In this document: positions 51,416 through 61,667 of the stretch, one piece after another
How positions within the stretch are numbered: position 1 is the stretch's first letter
How the letters are laid out: every line of letters begins with the position of its first letter
Assembly (NCBI GenBank): GCA_947479815.1
Contig: CANKAT010000002.1
Span: forward strand, 4,291-68,290
DNA from: Sphingobacteriaceae bacterium
GTDB lineage: Bacteria > Bacteroidota > Bacteroidia > Sphingobacteriales > Sphingobacteriaceae
Reading direction: 5' to 3'
DNA: 64,000 bases
The notes under the pieces: model-generated
Databases searched by the model: none
Told to the model about the DNA's origin: nothing
What the model saw: only the letters and a program-made list of their open reading frames with translations
Position numbers and translations under genes: made by a program

Positions 51416-51547
51416 TAATTAGAAAATTCGAGTTTGGCAATGGCGGGTCAAGCCCGCCGCGACAAGAAATTATTGATTGAATGAGTAGATTCCAGACCTG
51501 AGCCAGAATTAAATATTACTGACAGTGGAACTCTCCCGGCTAGCCAT

Positions 51548-51580
51548 AAAAAAAATCCGGATGATTGCAATCATCCGGAT
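51548..51580 (-). terminator. Intrinsic terminator of the GH109-like gene
   Basis: Stem atccggatgat/atcatccggat around a tgc loop (51555-51580), followed by a T-run on the minus strand. Confidence 0.8.
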
Positions 51581-51630
51581 TCAATAAACTCTTTAATTCA
51601 TATTTGAACTTACTAAGTTCGCGCTGTCTA

Positions 51631-53040
51631 CTATATCTTTACTTTAGTATTTCCACCTTTTTTCAGATCAATATCATGTGGCTGGTTTTTCTTCCAAGAA
51701 CCACGTGTAAAGTCAGGTACATCAACTGAATTTGAACGGTTATTTACAGACCATTCACTCAATGGCCATACAGAACTCCATGCAGCTGCATCGTAAACAT
51801 CCTGGTCAAGAGGTAAACCATTTCGTAAACAATCGATCAGACGCCAATCCATTAAGAAGTCCATACCGCCATGTCCTCCAACTTTCTTTGCCAGTTCACC
51901 TACTTTTTTAACAATGTTTGGTGTATATTTTTCTTCAAGAGCCTTAAATTCAGCTTCCTTAAGCCAGCCTTCATGGCTATTAGAAATTTTAGGTTCTGGA
52001 TATTTCATAGCAGTACCTTTGGTTCCACTCACCAGGTGTATACGTGAATATGGCCGAGGAGAAGTTACATCATGCTGTATCATAATTGTCTTGCCATTGG
52101 TAGTACGAATAGTTGTCGTATTCATATTCCCATTAAATTTCTTGCCAACAAATTCTTTATAAAGATCATTTTTTGCCGCCTCAGCTTTAGCACGTTCTCC
52201 CATTTGGAAATCATTAGAAGAAACAGAAACTAGGTAATCCATTTTATCGCCACGATTGATATTCAAAACCTGGCAAACCGGACCTAAACCATGGGTTGGA
52301 TACAAACTGCCCGCCCTAGTAGCATTTTCTCTTAAACGCCACATATTCTGATAACCCTTATCACTGAAATTAAGCTCTAACAAATTATGAATGTAAGCAC
52401 CTTCGGTGTGTATAATCTCACCAAAGTAACCTTGCCTAGCCATGTTCAATGTAAGTAGCTCAAAAAAGTCATAACAGCAATTTTCAAGCATCATACAATG
52501 CTTGCGAGTACGCTCAGAAGTTTCAACCAAAGCCCAGCATTCCTGCATTGAAACCGCTGCGGGCACTTCAATAGCCACGTGCTTACCTTGTTCCATTGCA
52601 AATAAAGCCATAGGAACATGCAAATGCCATGGAGTACAGATATAGATCAGATCTATGTCTTTACGCTCACACAATTTCTTCCACTCATCTTCATTACCTG
52701 TGTAAATTACAGGATTATGACTGGTGCCATCAAGAGCCTTCTTTGCTTTATTTACACTTGCTGGACGCAAATCACATAATGCTTTGATGTCTGTACCTTC
52801 AATTTTAGCGACTGCATTTAAATGAGATGGCCCACGCTGACCCAAACCGATAAATCCAACACGAACAGTTTCAAGCTTTGGTGCAGCATATCCACTCATG
52901 TTAAAGTTCTGAATGGTAGACTTCGATACCCAAGGCCCTTTTTCTGGCTCAGAGGCAAATCCATTAAGTGCACCAACACCTGCTATGCCAAGTCCGGCAA
53001 GACTAGTTTTTTTTAAAAAATCTCTACGGTTATTTTTCAT
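51631..53040 (-). CDS. Gfo/Idh/MocA-family NAD-dependent enzyme with TAT signal (GH109-like)
   Basis: Twin-arginine signal NRRDFLKKTSLAGLGIAGVGA and Rossmann fold VRVGFIGLGQRG. Size and architecture resemble GH109 alpha-N-acetylgalactosaminidases. Confidence 0.8.
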   Translation of the reverse strand: MKNNRRDFLKKTSLAGLGIAGVGALNGFASEPEKGPWVSKSTIQNFNMSGYAAPKLETVRVGFIGLGQRGPSHLNAVAKIEGTDIKALCDLRPASVNKAKKALDGTSHNPVIYTGNEDEWKKLCERKDIDLIYICTPWHLHVPMALFAMEQGKHVAIEVPAAVSMQECWALVETSERTRKHCMMLENCCYDFFELLTLNMARQGYFGEIIHTEGAYIHNLLELNFSDKGYQNMWRLRENATRAGSLYPTHGLGPVCQVLNINRGDKMDYLVSVSSNDFQMGERAKAEAAKNDLYKEFVGKKFNGNMNTTTIRTTNGKTIMIQHDVTSPRPYSRIHLVSGTKGTAMKYPEPKISNSHEGWLKEAEFKALEEKYTPNIVKKVGELAKKVGGHGGMDFLMDWRLIDCLRNGLPLDQDVYDAAAWSSVWPLSEWSVNNRSNSVDVPDFTRGSWKKNQPHDIDLKKGGNTKVKI

Positions 53041-53085
53041 CGTTTTATAATTTTTGTTGTGTTGTAAAATTTTCTGTTATGTATT

Positions 53086-54192
53086 TTAAATGCCTGGAAA
53101 CCATTTTTCGGCATTTTTACGATATATTTTATCTATCACCTCTTTTGGCAATTTCAATCCTTTAATTTTCTCCTTAAAGTCAGTAACATTCATGTCATCA
53201 TCGGTCACAAAGTATCTCCAGTCACTAAGTCTGCGTTCATGAATCCTTTTTTTATACTCTGCAGGATCAGCATCTTTACCTACCCCATTATCCGTAGCGT
53301 AAATTAGTCTATCCTGGTATTTAACCATGAAGTCATAAACTTTTTGCCTGTTATTTATAGTTTGATACTGTAAATGACAAATACGCTCGGCCATATCAAC
53401 TGCCATATTTGGAAATTTATCCAGACGCTTTGCTAATTCATCAACATCGTATTCAAGGCTTCCTAAGTGAACGCCCACAAATCTGATATTGGGATGTTTT
53501 TCAAGCATTTTATCACGCGCATCCACCTGATCCTCATAAGATGGGTATTCAGGATGGAGATACATATGATATTCAGGATGCTTACTAAAATAGTTTTTGT
53601 CGCCAGATACTGTCATTTGATCGACTGGAAGCCAGGCATTCTTTGGTTCTCCCAAATGTCCAACAAGAGTAATATTACTTTTCTCAATAAAATCAAGAAC
53701 TGGGTCAATTCTTGGATCATTCACCATCACAAATTTTCCATCTTTATCACGAAGCTCCATCCCAATATTCTTCCAAATCTTGACACCAATTGCGCCTTTT
53801 TCAAAAGAATTTTTCAAATAAGCAAGGGTTTGAGGTAGCCATTTATCTGTCCCCCAGTTATTTACATCAAAAGTGGTGGCGTAAGCTAGTTGTTCAGGGT
53901 AGGTTTTGATCATTTCAAGTGCTACATTTTGCTGAACCTCAGCCGGGTTCTTAGAAGTAGGATGAACATTAACCGTTAAAAGTTTGAAATTATCTGCCTT
54001 CGCTAAATTAATGAAGGCGGTATCGTAGACATTAATATGTACATGGGTATCGTATTTTTCAACCGATTTAAAATCATCGACGCTATAAAATTCTGCGGTT
54101 GAATTATCTTCTGAAGAAGCAGTTTTTTGAGTCTGAGTACAGTTTTGAAATGAAATACTCAGAGCACATAGAATGAGAAGTTTTGTTTTCAT
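53086..54192 (-). CDS. Amidohydrolase-family (PF04909-like) lipoprotein, paralog A
   Basis: Lipobox-like FQNC; metal motif DTHVHIN. Collinear similarity to 55479-56588 over the full length. Confidence 0.8.
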   Translation of the reverse strand: MKTKLLILCALSISFQNCTQTQKTASSEDNSTAEFYSVDDFKSVEKYDTHVHINVYDTAFINLAKADNFKLLTVNVHPTSKNPAEVQQNVALEMIKTYPEQLAYATTFDVNNWGTDKWLPQTLAYLKNSFEKGAIGVKIWKNIGMELRDKDGKFVMVNDPRIDPVLDFIEKSNITLVGHLGEPKNAWLPVDQMTVSGDKNYFSKHPEYHMYLHPEYPSYEDQVDARDKMLEKHPNIRFVGVHLGSLEYDVDELAKRLDKFPNMAVDMAERICHLQYQTINNRQKVYDFMVKYQDRLIYATDNGVGKDADPAEYKKRIHERRLSDWRYFVTDDDMNVTDFKEKIKGLKLPKEVIDKIYRKNAEKWFPGI

Positions 54193-54218
54193 AATTAATG
54201 GGAATATAGTTAATGATA

Positions 54219-55457
54219 TTAAATTTTAATAAATATTTTTTTCTTGTACATCCAGTATAAGATTAGCCATTCGAAGAATAAAACTAGTCCGCCGCTAACC
54301 AGGGTTGAGTAAGCTACTCCAAAAATTTGATCGAAGTTTTTACCCAAATGAATATAAAGTGAGTCATTGATCAGATTTCTCATCCCGCCATCAGCAATTA
54401 CATAGGCAGCAATAGAATTTACCCCGATCACCATTAAGAAAAATGAACTCTTATGCCTTCCCTTTACATCAATCAAACCATAGAACATCGCCAGGAACAG
54501 GAAACAGATACCTCCACTAAAAATAGTCCAAGCAGGGGTCCAAATACGTTTCACAATTGGATTCAGCCCGCTAACATGCAGTACTATTCCAAAAATTATC
54601 AAGGCAATGCCAGCAAAAATGAAGGACTTGAGTTTTTTATTTGCCAGTATAGATGAATTTAAAATATTCCCTGCAAGTAATCCAAGGATCATTGTACCCA
54701 GTGTTGGGATAAAGCTAAGCGTAGAATATCCTCCCTGATTAAAAAGAAAAATATTCTCACGTGGAAATATATTCATAAACCACTGGTCAAAAGCCCATGC
54801 AAAGTTTGTATTCTTATTCCAATGCGCTGCAAAGCCAGTCAAATTATGCTCCCAGTTTGCGGTTACCCCTGCCGATGCATAATCAAAGCCAGCACCAGGT
54901 AGAGGATAAAGAGCAAATGCAAGAGCATAAGCAAATAAAATAAAAATCAAGGCACCAATTTGCACTCTTTGAGAATAAAGTGAAATGATGACAAGGAAGG
55001 TATAGCCCAAGCCAATCTGGGTTAAAGTATCTTCAAAAGTAAAATTTGTTTGTCCGGAGTGCATTGAACGCAAAAATATTCCCAGGAATATCAAAATGAA
55101 TGAGCGCTTGATGGTATGTCCTAATATATTTTTAAAGCTTGCCCCTTTATTTTTCCTGCTTGCAATAGAATAAGGTAATACTACGCCGACCAAAAATGTA
55201 AAAGATGGCTGGATCATATCGTGCAAACTCAGCCATATCCAGGGAACATGACTTTGGTGAAAGGATATGAATTCCCAGAATTTGTTTCCAGGCAATGCTT
55301 TTGAAACATCCGAAAGAGATAGTACCTCTGCCATCATAAGCAGCATCACAAATCCGCGATAAATATCAACAGATGCGACACGGTTTTGAGGCAATGCCGG
55401 ATTAACTATTGATCCTGAAACAGGATGAGCCTCATGTGGTAATTCTGTTTTTTGCAT
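54219..55457 (-). CDS. Polytopic acyltransferase-like membrane protein (DUF1624/DUF5009, HGSNAT-like)
   Basis: About 11 hydrophobic segments. The N-terminal RVASVDIYRGFVMLLM block resembles the heparan-alpha-glucosaminide N-acetyltransferase family. Confidence 0.7.
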   Translation of the reverse strand: MQKTELPHEAHPVSGSIVNPALPQNRVASVDIYRGFVMLLMMAEVLSLSDVSKALPGNKFWEFISFHQSHVPWIWLSLHDMIQPSFTFLVGVVLPYSIASRKNKGASFKNILGHTIKRSFILIFLGIFLRSMHSGQTNFTFEDTLTQIGLGYTFLVIISLYSQRVQIGALIFILFAYALAFALYPLPGAGFDYASAGVTANWEHNLTGFAAHWNKNTNFAWAFDQWFMNIFPRENIFLFNQGGYSTLSFIPTLGTMILGLLAGNILNSSILANKKLKSFIFAGIALIIFGIVLHVSGLNPIVKRIWTPAWTIFSGGICFLFLAMFYGLIDVKGRHKSSFFLMVIGVNSIAAYVIADGGMRNLINDSLYIHLGKNFDQIFGVAYSTLVSGGLVLFFEWLILYWMYKKKIFIKI

Positions 55458-55478
55458 ACTTTATAAATTTAGATCAAA

Positions 55479-56588
55479 TTAATTCTTTTTGATTATACTA
55501 ACGGTACGTCCCAGCCAATTTTCAGCATTTTTCAAATAGATCTTATCAATAACCGTTTGGGGAAGCTTTAAACCATTAAGTTCTCCAAAACCGGCTAATT
55601 GAATCCTAGAATCAGTGGCAAAGAATATCCAATCCCGAAGCCAGGAATCATGAATAGTCTTCTTTAATTCTACAGGATTTGCATTTGCATTAATTGCCTT
55701 GTCTGTTCCATAAACCAGTCTATCCTGATATTTGATGAAAAAATTTCGAGTTTTTTGCCTGTCATTTAACGTATGAAGCTGTAAATTACTTATGCGCGAC
55801 AGATCAACACGCATATTGGGGTATTTATCTAATCGCTTTGCCAATTCATCCAAACTCCATTCAAGACTACCGAGATGGGCGCCAACAAACTTAAGATTTG
55901 GTTGCTTTTCGAGTAAATTATCCCTAGCCCTAATGTGATCATCATAGGATGGAAATTCAGGATGTAGAAACATATGATACTCGGGATGAGAACCATAATA
56001 CGACTTGCTGAAGGTCATTTTATCGAGGGGTAACCAGCAATCTCTGGGCTCTCCATTATGGCCAATCAAAGGAATCCTGTTTTGTACAAGAAAGCTAAAA
56101 ATAGGTGCAAGCCGGGGATCATCAAGCATGACAAATTTTCCTTGCTCATCACGAAGTTCCATACCGATATTCTTCCAAATCTTTACCGCTTTGGCTCCTT
56201 TTGATAGAGAAAGTTTTAAATCCCTGATTGTTTTTTTAGCCCAATCCTTTTTATCAAAACCCTTTACCGAAAAAGTGGTAGCTATCTCCATTTGAGCAGG
56301 GAAATTATTCAAATGCTGAAAAGCGATTTTTTGCTGCTCAGTCCATGGCAAACCAAAGGGACGATCGTCAACAATATCCAGAAACTGAAAATTATCTTCC
56401 TTAGCCAGTTCAATAAATGAAGTCTGATCTGTGTTGATGTGAATATGAGTGTCGAACTTTTTAACTGATTTAAAATCTTCAACTGTGTAATAATTTTCTT
56501 GAATAAGCACGGAATTCTCTGCTGAATTGATTACTCCAAATGGAACTAAAAGAATACTCAGTACAATCAGGACAGATTTAATAGTCAT
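55479..56588 (-). CDS. Amidohydrolase-family (PF04909-like) secreted protein, paralog B
   Basis: Signal peptide; metal motif DTHIHIN. Shared blocks with paralog A include KIWKNIGMELRD, SHPEYHM, LGSLE and LAKRLDK. Confidence 0.8.
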   Translation of the reverse strand: MTIKSVLIVLSILLVPFGVINSAENSVLIQENYYTVEDFKSVKKFDTHIHINTDQTSFIELAKEDNFQFLDIVDDRPFGLPWTEQQKIAFQHLNNFPAQMEIATTFSVKGFDKKDWAKKTIRDLKLSLSKGAKAVKIWKNIGMELRDEQGKFVMLDDPRLAPIFSFLVQNRIPLIGHNGEPRDCWLPLDKMTFSKSYYGSHPEYHMFLHPEFPSYDDHIRARDNLLEKQPNLKFVGAHLGSLEWSLDELAKRLDKYPNMRVDLSRISNLQLHTLNDRQKTRNFFIKYQDRLVYGTDKAINANANPVELKKTIHDSWLRDWIFFATDSRIQLAGFGELNGLKLPQTVIDKIYLKNAENWLGRTVSIIKKN

Positions 56589-56888
56589 TTATCGCTTATT
56601 CAATTAAGAGTTTCAATTCTTTAAATTAAATAAAACATTCGGAATTCAAGCTTTTTCATTCTATTCAGGGAATGGTTTTATGATTTTTATTATTCTGCTA
56701 ATCTTTATGTTATGGCTACAATGATGTTGAGCGTTCACGATGCGCTAGAAAAGGAGTATAATGAATTCGTTCATTTTCTTACAGCCAAGCTGTATGAGTT
56801 GGGTAAATAAATGTTAAGACAGGTGGCTGAAATGGCAGGAATGAGAAAATGGGGTTTTACTTTCGGCCGGCATTGGTTTCTTAACCGT

Positions 56889-56920
56889 AAAAAAAGGCCG
56901 AATACTGTTGTATTCGGCCT
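56889..56920 (-). terminator. Intrinsic terminator of the RND efflux operon
   Basis: Stem ggccgaata/tattcggcc (56896-56920), 7-nt loop, then a T-run on the minus strand. Confidence 0.8.
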
Positions 56921-56988
56921 AGCTCTACAAATTTTAATAAAGTGGTAATACTATAAAACCAATAAGGGTCTTCTAGATCTCCAAGAAA

Positions 56989-58416
56989 TTAATTCCAACC
57001 TCCTCCCAAAGCCTTATAAATATTGACTTTGGCGCTCATCTGCTTCATTTTTATTTCGATTTGTTGCATTTTTGATTCCAGGGCCTCCCTTTGAGTTAAT
57101 AATACCTCCATATAATCTGCCCTAGCTGAATAAAAGAGATTGTTTGATATCGTAATCGATTGCGTTAGTATTTCAACTTCTTTCGACTTTGTTTCATAAC
57201 TCTTAGCGTAGTTTCCAATTCTTGAAAGCTGATTTACTACTTCAATATGTGCATTCAAAATTGAACGCTCGTAATTATAAACTGCCTGTATCTGCTGCAG
57301 GTTAGCATTAAAATAACTGGCCTTAATTGCGTTCTTGTTAATTAATGGAGCTACCATATCACCTGCCAGATTGTAAAGAATTGATTCAGGTTTAACAAGG
57401 TAAGCAGGATTGAATGCACGCAAACCTACACCTGCGGTCAGCCTAAATGATGGATAAAAATTTGCTTTTGCAACTTGCACATCAATTTTTGCAGCAGACA
57501 ATTCCAATTCAGCTTGTCGTATATCCGGACGGTTCACCAAGAGTTGCGACGGGATACCGCTCTGAATAATGTCAAGCTGACTGCTATTAAAATCTGCTGA
57601 ATTCCTAATAATGGGCTTTGGAAAACGACCCGCTAAGAAGTTGATTCTATTCTCGGTTTCGATGATCTTTTGCTGAATTTCATACTGTAAATTTATTGTA
57701 TTGAGTAGTTGCGCATCAAACCTATTGACAGCCAATTGAGTAACTTTAGCAGCATCCTTTTGAAGCTTCACCACCTTGAGAGCATTTGTTTGGAGCTCTA
57801 TGTTCTGTTGAATAATAGCCAGTAAGTTATCAAGGGCCAGTAACTCATAATACGATTCAGCAATTTCTGCAATGATATTGGTCACCATAAAGTTTTTCCC
57901 TTCGGTAGTAGACAAATACTTCAGCACTGCAGATTTTTTTGCATTGCGCAGTTTATTCCAAACATCTAGTTCCCAGGAAAAGTTAGCACCTGCAAAGAAA
58001 TCACCTAGGTATTCATGACTTTTATCGGGATTATGTTTCCAATCTTCCTCTGAAATACCATCCCAGGTATATTGACTGGCTTTGTCAGGACCAGCTCCAA
58101 TACCCAGATTCACAAATGGCAGGTATTCACCTTTACGAGTCATGATTTCATTCTTGCTCATCTCAATTTCCTGCAGGGTTATGTTCAGCTCCTGGTTATT
58201 CACCAAGGCGGTATCAATAATTGCATGCAGATTAGAATCGCTAAAGTATGCTCTCCACTTAATGCTTTTGGAGTTCAGTGTATCCTGCGAATTTTGGTAA
58301 GCCTGAGGTACCGATTTACTTTCCTCTTTCCCGCTTATAGCCGGCACTTTACAGGCACCAAGCCATACAATAAAGAATAGGAGGATAAGGTATTTAACTG
58401 TTATTATCTTTTTCAT
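56989..58416 (-). CDS. Outer-membrane efflux lipoprotein (TolC/NodT family)
   Basis: Lipobox LGAC; two OEP repeats; C-terminal ALGGGW. The start overlaps the RND gene end by 23 nt. Confidence 0.9.
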   Translation of the reverse strand: MKKIITVKYLILLFFIVWLGACKVPAISGKEESKSVPQAYQNSQDTLNSKSIKWRAYFSDSNLHAIIDTALVNNQELNITLQEIEMSKNEIMTRKGEYLPFVNLGIGAGPDKASQYTWDGISEEDWKHNPDKSHEYLGDFFAGANFSWELDVWNKLRNAKKSAVLKYLSTTEGKNFMVTNIIAEIAESYYELLALDNLLAIIQQNIELQTNALKVVKLQKDAAKVTQLAVNRFDAQLLNTINLQYEIQQKIIETENRINFLAGRFPKPIIRNSADFNSSQLDIIQSGIPSQLLVNRPDIRQAELELSAAKIDVQVAKANFYPSFRLTAGVGLRAFNPAYLVKPESILYNLAGDMVAPLINKNAIKASYFNANLQQIQAVYNYERSILNAHIEVVNQLSRIGNYAKSYETKSKEVEILTQSITISNNLFYSARADYMEVLLTQREALESKMQQIEIKMKQMSAKVNIYKALGGGWN

Positions 58417-61400
58417 TTTTATTTATGATTCGTTTGATAATTTTTTTAATTCGGCTAGTTAGAGCACTTTCAGATCCACTGTCCACAAAATGTTCACTCA
58501 GCGGATTTTCATCTTCATCTTTAATGAGATGTTTACCTTCCTGTATTTTGCCGAAAATATAGTAAAGACCCGGTACCACAATAACTCCGAAAACAGTACC
58601 AAATAACATTCCGCCTAAGGCTGATGCACCAATGGTGTGGTTACCTACCGCACCCGGACCAGTTGCAATGATCAGCGGAATTAAGCCCGCAATAAATGCA
58701 AAGGAGGTCATTAGTATTGGACGGAATCGGGCTTTTGCACCTACAATGGCAGCTTCCATAACAGTAGCTCCCTTGTTGTGTTCCTGAACAGCAAACTCAA
58801 CAATCAACACGGCGTTTTTACCAAGTAAACCAACTAACATAATAAGCCCAACCTGTGCATATACATCATTCGCTAAGCCCATCGTTTTTAACAAAAGGAA
58901 TGACCCGAATATTCCCGGAAGAATAGAAAGAAGCACCGCAAAGGGCAGAAAAAAGCTTTCATATTGCGCGGCCAGAATTAAATACACAAATAGTAAAACT
59001 ACCAGGAATATGTAAAGCGCCTCATTTCCTCTTTTTGCTTCATCGTACGAAAGCCCTTCCCAGGCAATGTCATATCCTCTCGGCAAAGATTTCTTTGCCA
59101 CTTCTTGTATAGCTTTAAGTGCATCACCTGAAGAGTAACCTTGGGCTGGTACTCCATTAATCAAAGAAGAGGTATATAAATTGTATCGCGATATCTCATT
59201 GGGCCCTTGAGTTTTTTTGATTTTCAAGAAAGCCGAGTAGGGAACCATTTCATCGTGATCATTTTTAATAAACATATTCAAAATGTCGGATGGTTGCTTC
59301 CTGAACTCCGGACCGGCCTGAGTGTACACTTTGTAATAGTTATTGAAACGTATGAATCCTTGCTCATAAGTACTTCCAATCATAATGTTCAGGTTTTCCA
59401 TTGCTGCACCCACTGAAACCCCCTTTTGCATTGCCAATGCATTATCAATAAGTAATTCGTATTGCGGATACTTGGCAGAGTAAAATGCAAATAAACCATT
59501 CAACTCTTTTCTTTTTCTCAATTCCGCTACAAATTCCTGATTTACCCTATCAAACTCCTGATAATCTACATCACTACTTTTGTCAAGTAAGCGCAGCGAA
59601 AAACCGTCAGAAGTTCCATAGCCCGGTACAGCAGGAGGTTGGAAGTATTCTACAATAGCCGGAAGGTCTTTTGTTTTTTCTTCCAGTTCTTCCACTATTT
59701 CTTTTACAGAATGTTTTCGTTCAGACCAATCTTTTAAGTTGATCAAACAAGTTCCAGAATTAGATCCGCGACCTTCAGTAAGAATTTCAAAACCTGCAAG
59801 AGAGGTTACCGATTGAATGCCATCCACTTTCTTGGCAATTTGCTGTAGCTTTCTTGCTATCTCATTGGTTCTTTCAAGTGTAGTTCCTGGTGGCGTTTGA
59901 ATGATGGCATATACCTGACCCTGATCCTCATTGGGGATAAATCCTGCAGGAAGTATTTTGTTTATGCCAAAAATTCCAAAAGCAAATGCAATCAGTATGC
60001 CGTAGGTAAGCACTCTGCGGTTAACTATCAGCTTGAGCAGTTGAGCATATTTTTCGGTAATTTTTTCGAAGCCTTTGTTAAACCAGTCAAGAAAGATACT
60101 TATGGGTGTTTTTCTCTTTGGTTTTCCATGGGTGTTCTTCAATAAAATTGCACAAAGTACGGGCGTAAGCGTAAGAGCAACAAGCCCCGAAAGCACAATG
60201 GCACTGGCCATGGTTAATGAAAACTGTCGATAAAGAACGCCTACTGGTCCTGTCATAAATGAAACAGGAACAAAAACGGCAGTCATTACTAAAGTGATGG
60301 CGATAATAGCACCGCTTATTTCTCCGAGTACTTTTTTCACGGCATTAAATGGCGATAAATTTTCTACTTCCATCTTAACATGTACCGCTTCTACCACCAC
60401 AATGGCATTATCTACCACAATACCTATAGCTAAAACCAGCGCAAACAGGGTTACCAGGTTTATGCTTAGCCCAAACATTTGCATACATGCAAATGTGCCG
60501 ATTAATGAAACCGGAACTGCCAGAATAGGAATAAGTGTGGAACGCCAGTCACCCAAAAAAATAAATACCACCAGCGCAACCAATATAAATGCTTCAAGTA
60601 AAGTATGAAGTACTTTTTCGATAGAGGCATTGACAAATTTTGAAACATCGTAATTGATTTCATAATCCAATCCAGGAGGAAAATCTTTTTTTAATTCTTC
60701 TAGTTTTGCTTTTACCTCCTCAATTACCTTATTGGCATTAGATCCAGAATTTTGTTTTAGCACAAGCGAGGCGGAAGGATACCCGTCTTTGTTTGAGTAA
60801 ATATCAACGAATTCGCTGCCTACCTCTACTTTGGCAATATCTTTTAGTTTAAGTATTTCGCCCAGAGGATTTGCACGAACAATGATCTCCTCATACTGTT
60901 CCGGTTTATTATACCAGCCTTTATAAGTAAAAACATACTCCTGCGATTGTGCAGTTATTCCAGAACTCAACCCCACTCTTCCTGGTCTTGCAATTACACT
61001 TTGTTCTTCAATGGCTTTTAAAACATCTTCTGCCGAAATTTTGTAAGCCCTCATTCTTTCGGGGTTTAACCAAACGCGTATAGCGAAAGCGCGGCTGCCT
61101 ATCGCTTCGGCATGACCCATTCCACTTATTCTAGCGAGTTCGGGTAAAATGTATGTATTGGCATAATTGAATAAAAATTTTTCATCAGTATTTTTCTTGG
61201 TACTGAAAAGGTTCAAATACATCAACATACTAGGTTGCAAAGGCTTTATAATCACACCTTCTCTTTGAACCAATGGAGGCAGGTTGGTATATACTTGATC
61301 AACTCTTGATTTTACTCTGGCGGCTGCAATTGTCGGATCAGTGCCGAGTTCAAATACTACATCAATACTTGCCTCGCTTGCACTGGTTGCATCTGATAAC

Positions 61401-61633
61401 ATGTACTGTACTCCCTGAACACCATTGATTTCCCTTTCCAAAATAGTTAAGGTTGATTTAACCAATAGATCGGCATTAGATCCTGGAAACTCAATGAAGA
61501 TTATAACCCTTGGAGGTGCAATATCAGGGAATTGAGCTACAGGCCTTGTATACATTGCCAACAGTCCCACGAAAACTATTCCAAGGGATAAAGCAATGGC
61601 AAGTACCGGGCGTTGAATAAATTTATTAAACAT
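58394..61633 (-). CDS. RND efflux permease (AcrB/HAE1-like)
   Basis: 1079 aa; MFNKFIQRPVLA N-terminus, 12-TM/two-large-loop architecture, and conserved GIVVDNAIVV and GLLGKNAVLIVEFA blocks. Confidence 0.97.
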   Translation of the reverse strand: MFNKFIQRPVLAIALSLGIVFVGLLAMYTRPVAQFPDIAPPRVIIFIEFPGSNADLLVKSTLTILEREINGVQGVQYMLSDATSASEASIDVVFELGTDPTIAAARVKSRVDQVYTNLPPLVQREGVIIKPLQPSMLMYLNLFSTKKNTDEKFLFNYANTYILPELARISGMGHAEAIGSRAFAIRVWLNPERMRAYKISAEDVLKAIEEQSVIARPGRVGLSSGITAQSQEYVFTYKGWYNKPEQYEEIIVRANPLGEILKLKDIAKVEVGSEFVDIYSNKDGYPSASLVLKQNSGSNANKVIEEVKAKLEELKKDFPPGLDYEINYDVSKFVNASIEKVLHTLLEAFILVALVVFIFLGDWRSTLIPILAVPVSLIGTFACMQMFGLSINLVTLFALVLAIGIVVDNAIVVVEAVHVKMEVENLSPFNAVKKVLGEISGAIIAITLVMTAVFVPVSFMTGPVGVLYRQFSLTMASAIVLSGLVALTLTPVLCAILLKNTHGKPKRKTPISIFLDWFNKGFEKITEKYAQLLKLIVNRRVLTYGILIAFAFGIFGINKILPAGFIPNEDQGQVYAIIQTPPGTTLERTNEIARKLQQIAKKVDGIQSVTSLAGFEILTEGRGSNSGTCLINLKDWSERKHSVKEIVEELEEKTKDLPAIVEYFQPPAVPGYGTSDGFSLRLLDKSSDVDYQEFDRVNQEFVAELRKRKELNGLFAFYSAKYPQYELLIDNALAMQKGVSVGAAMENLNIMIGSTYEQGFIRFNNYYKVYTQAGPEFRKQPSDILNMFIKNDHDEMVPYSAFLKIKKTQGPNEISRYNLYTSSLINGVPAQGYSSGDALKAIQEVAKKSLPRGYDIAWEGLSYDEAKRGNEALYIFLVVLLFVYLILAAQYESFFLPFAVLLSILPGIFGSFLLLKTMGLANDVYAQVGLIMLVGLLGKNAVLIVEFAVQEHNKGATVMEAAIVGAKARFRPILMTSFAFIAGLIPLIIATGPGAVGNHTIGASALGGMLFGTVFGVIVVPGLYYIFGKIQEGKHLIKDEDENPLSEHFVDSGSESALTSRIKKIIKRIINKNEKDNNS

Positions 61634-61667
61634 TATTTTCTTATTTATTTATTTATTGGTTCCTAAT

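Noticed and set aside
51442-51458. GC-rich hairpin ggcggg-tcaag-cccgcc after the S9 peptidase gene, as a terminator
   Set aside because: The stem is good but it is not followed by a T-run. I cannot call it an intrinsic terminator with confidence, and it does not resemble the other GC-rich hairpin at 63453-63482.
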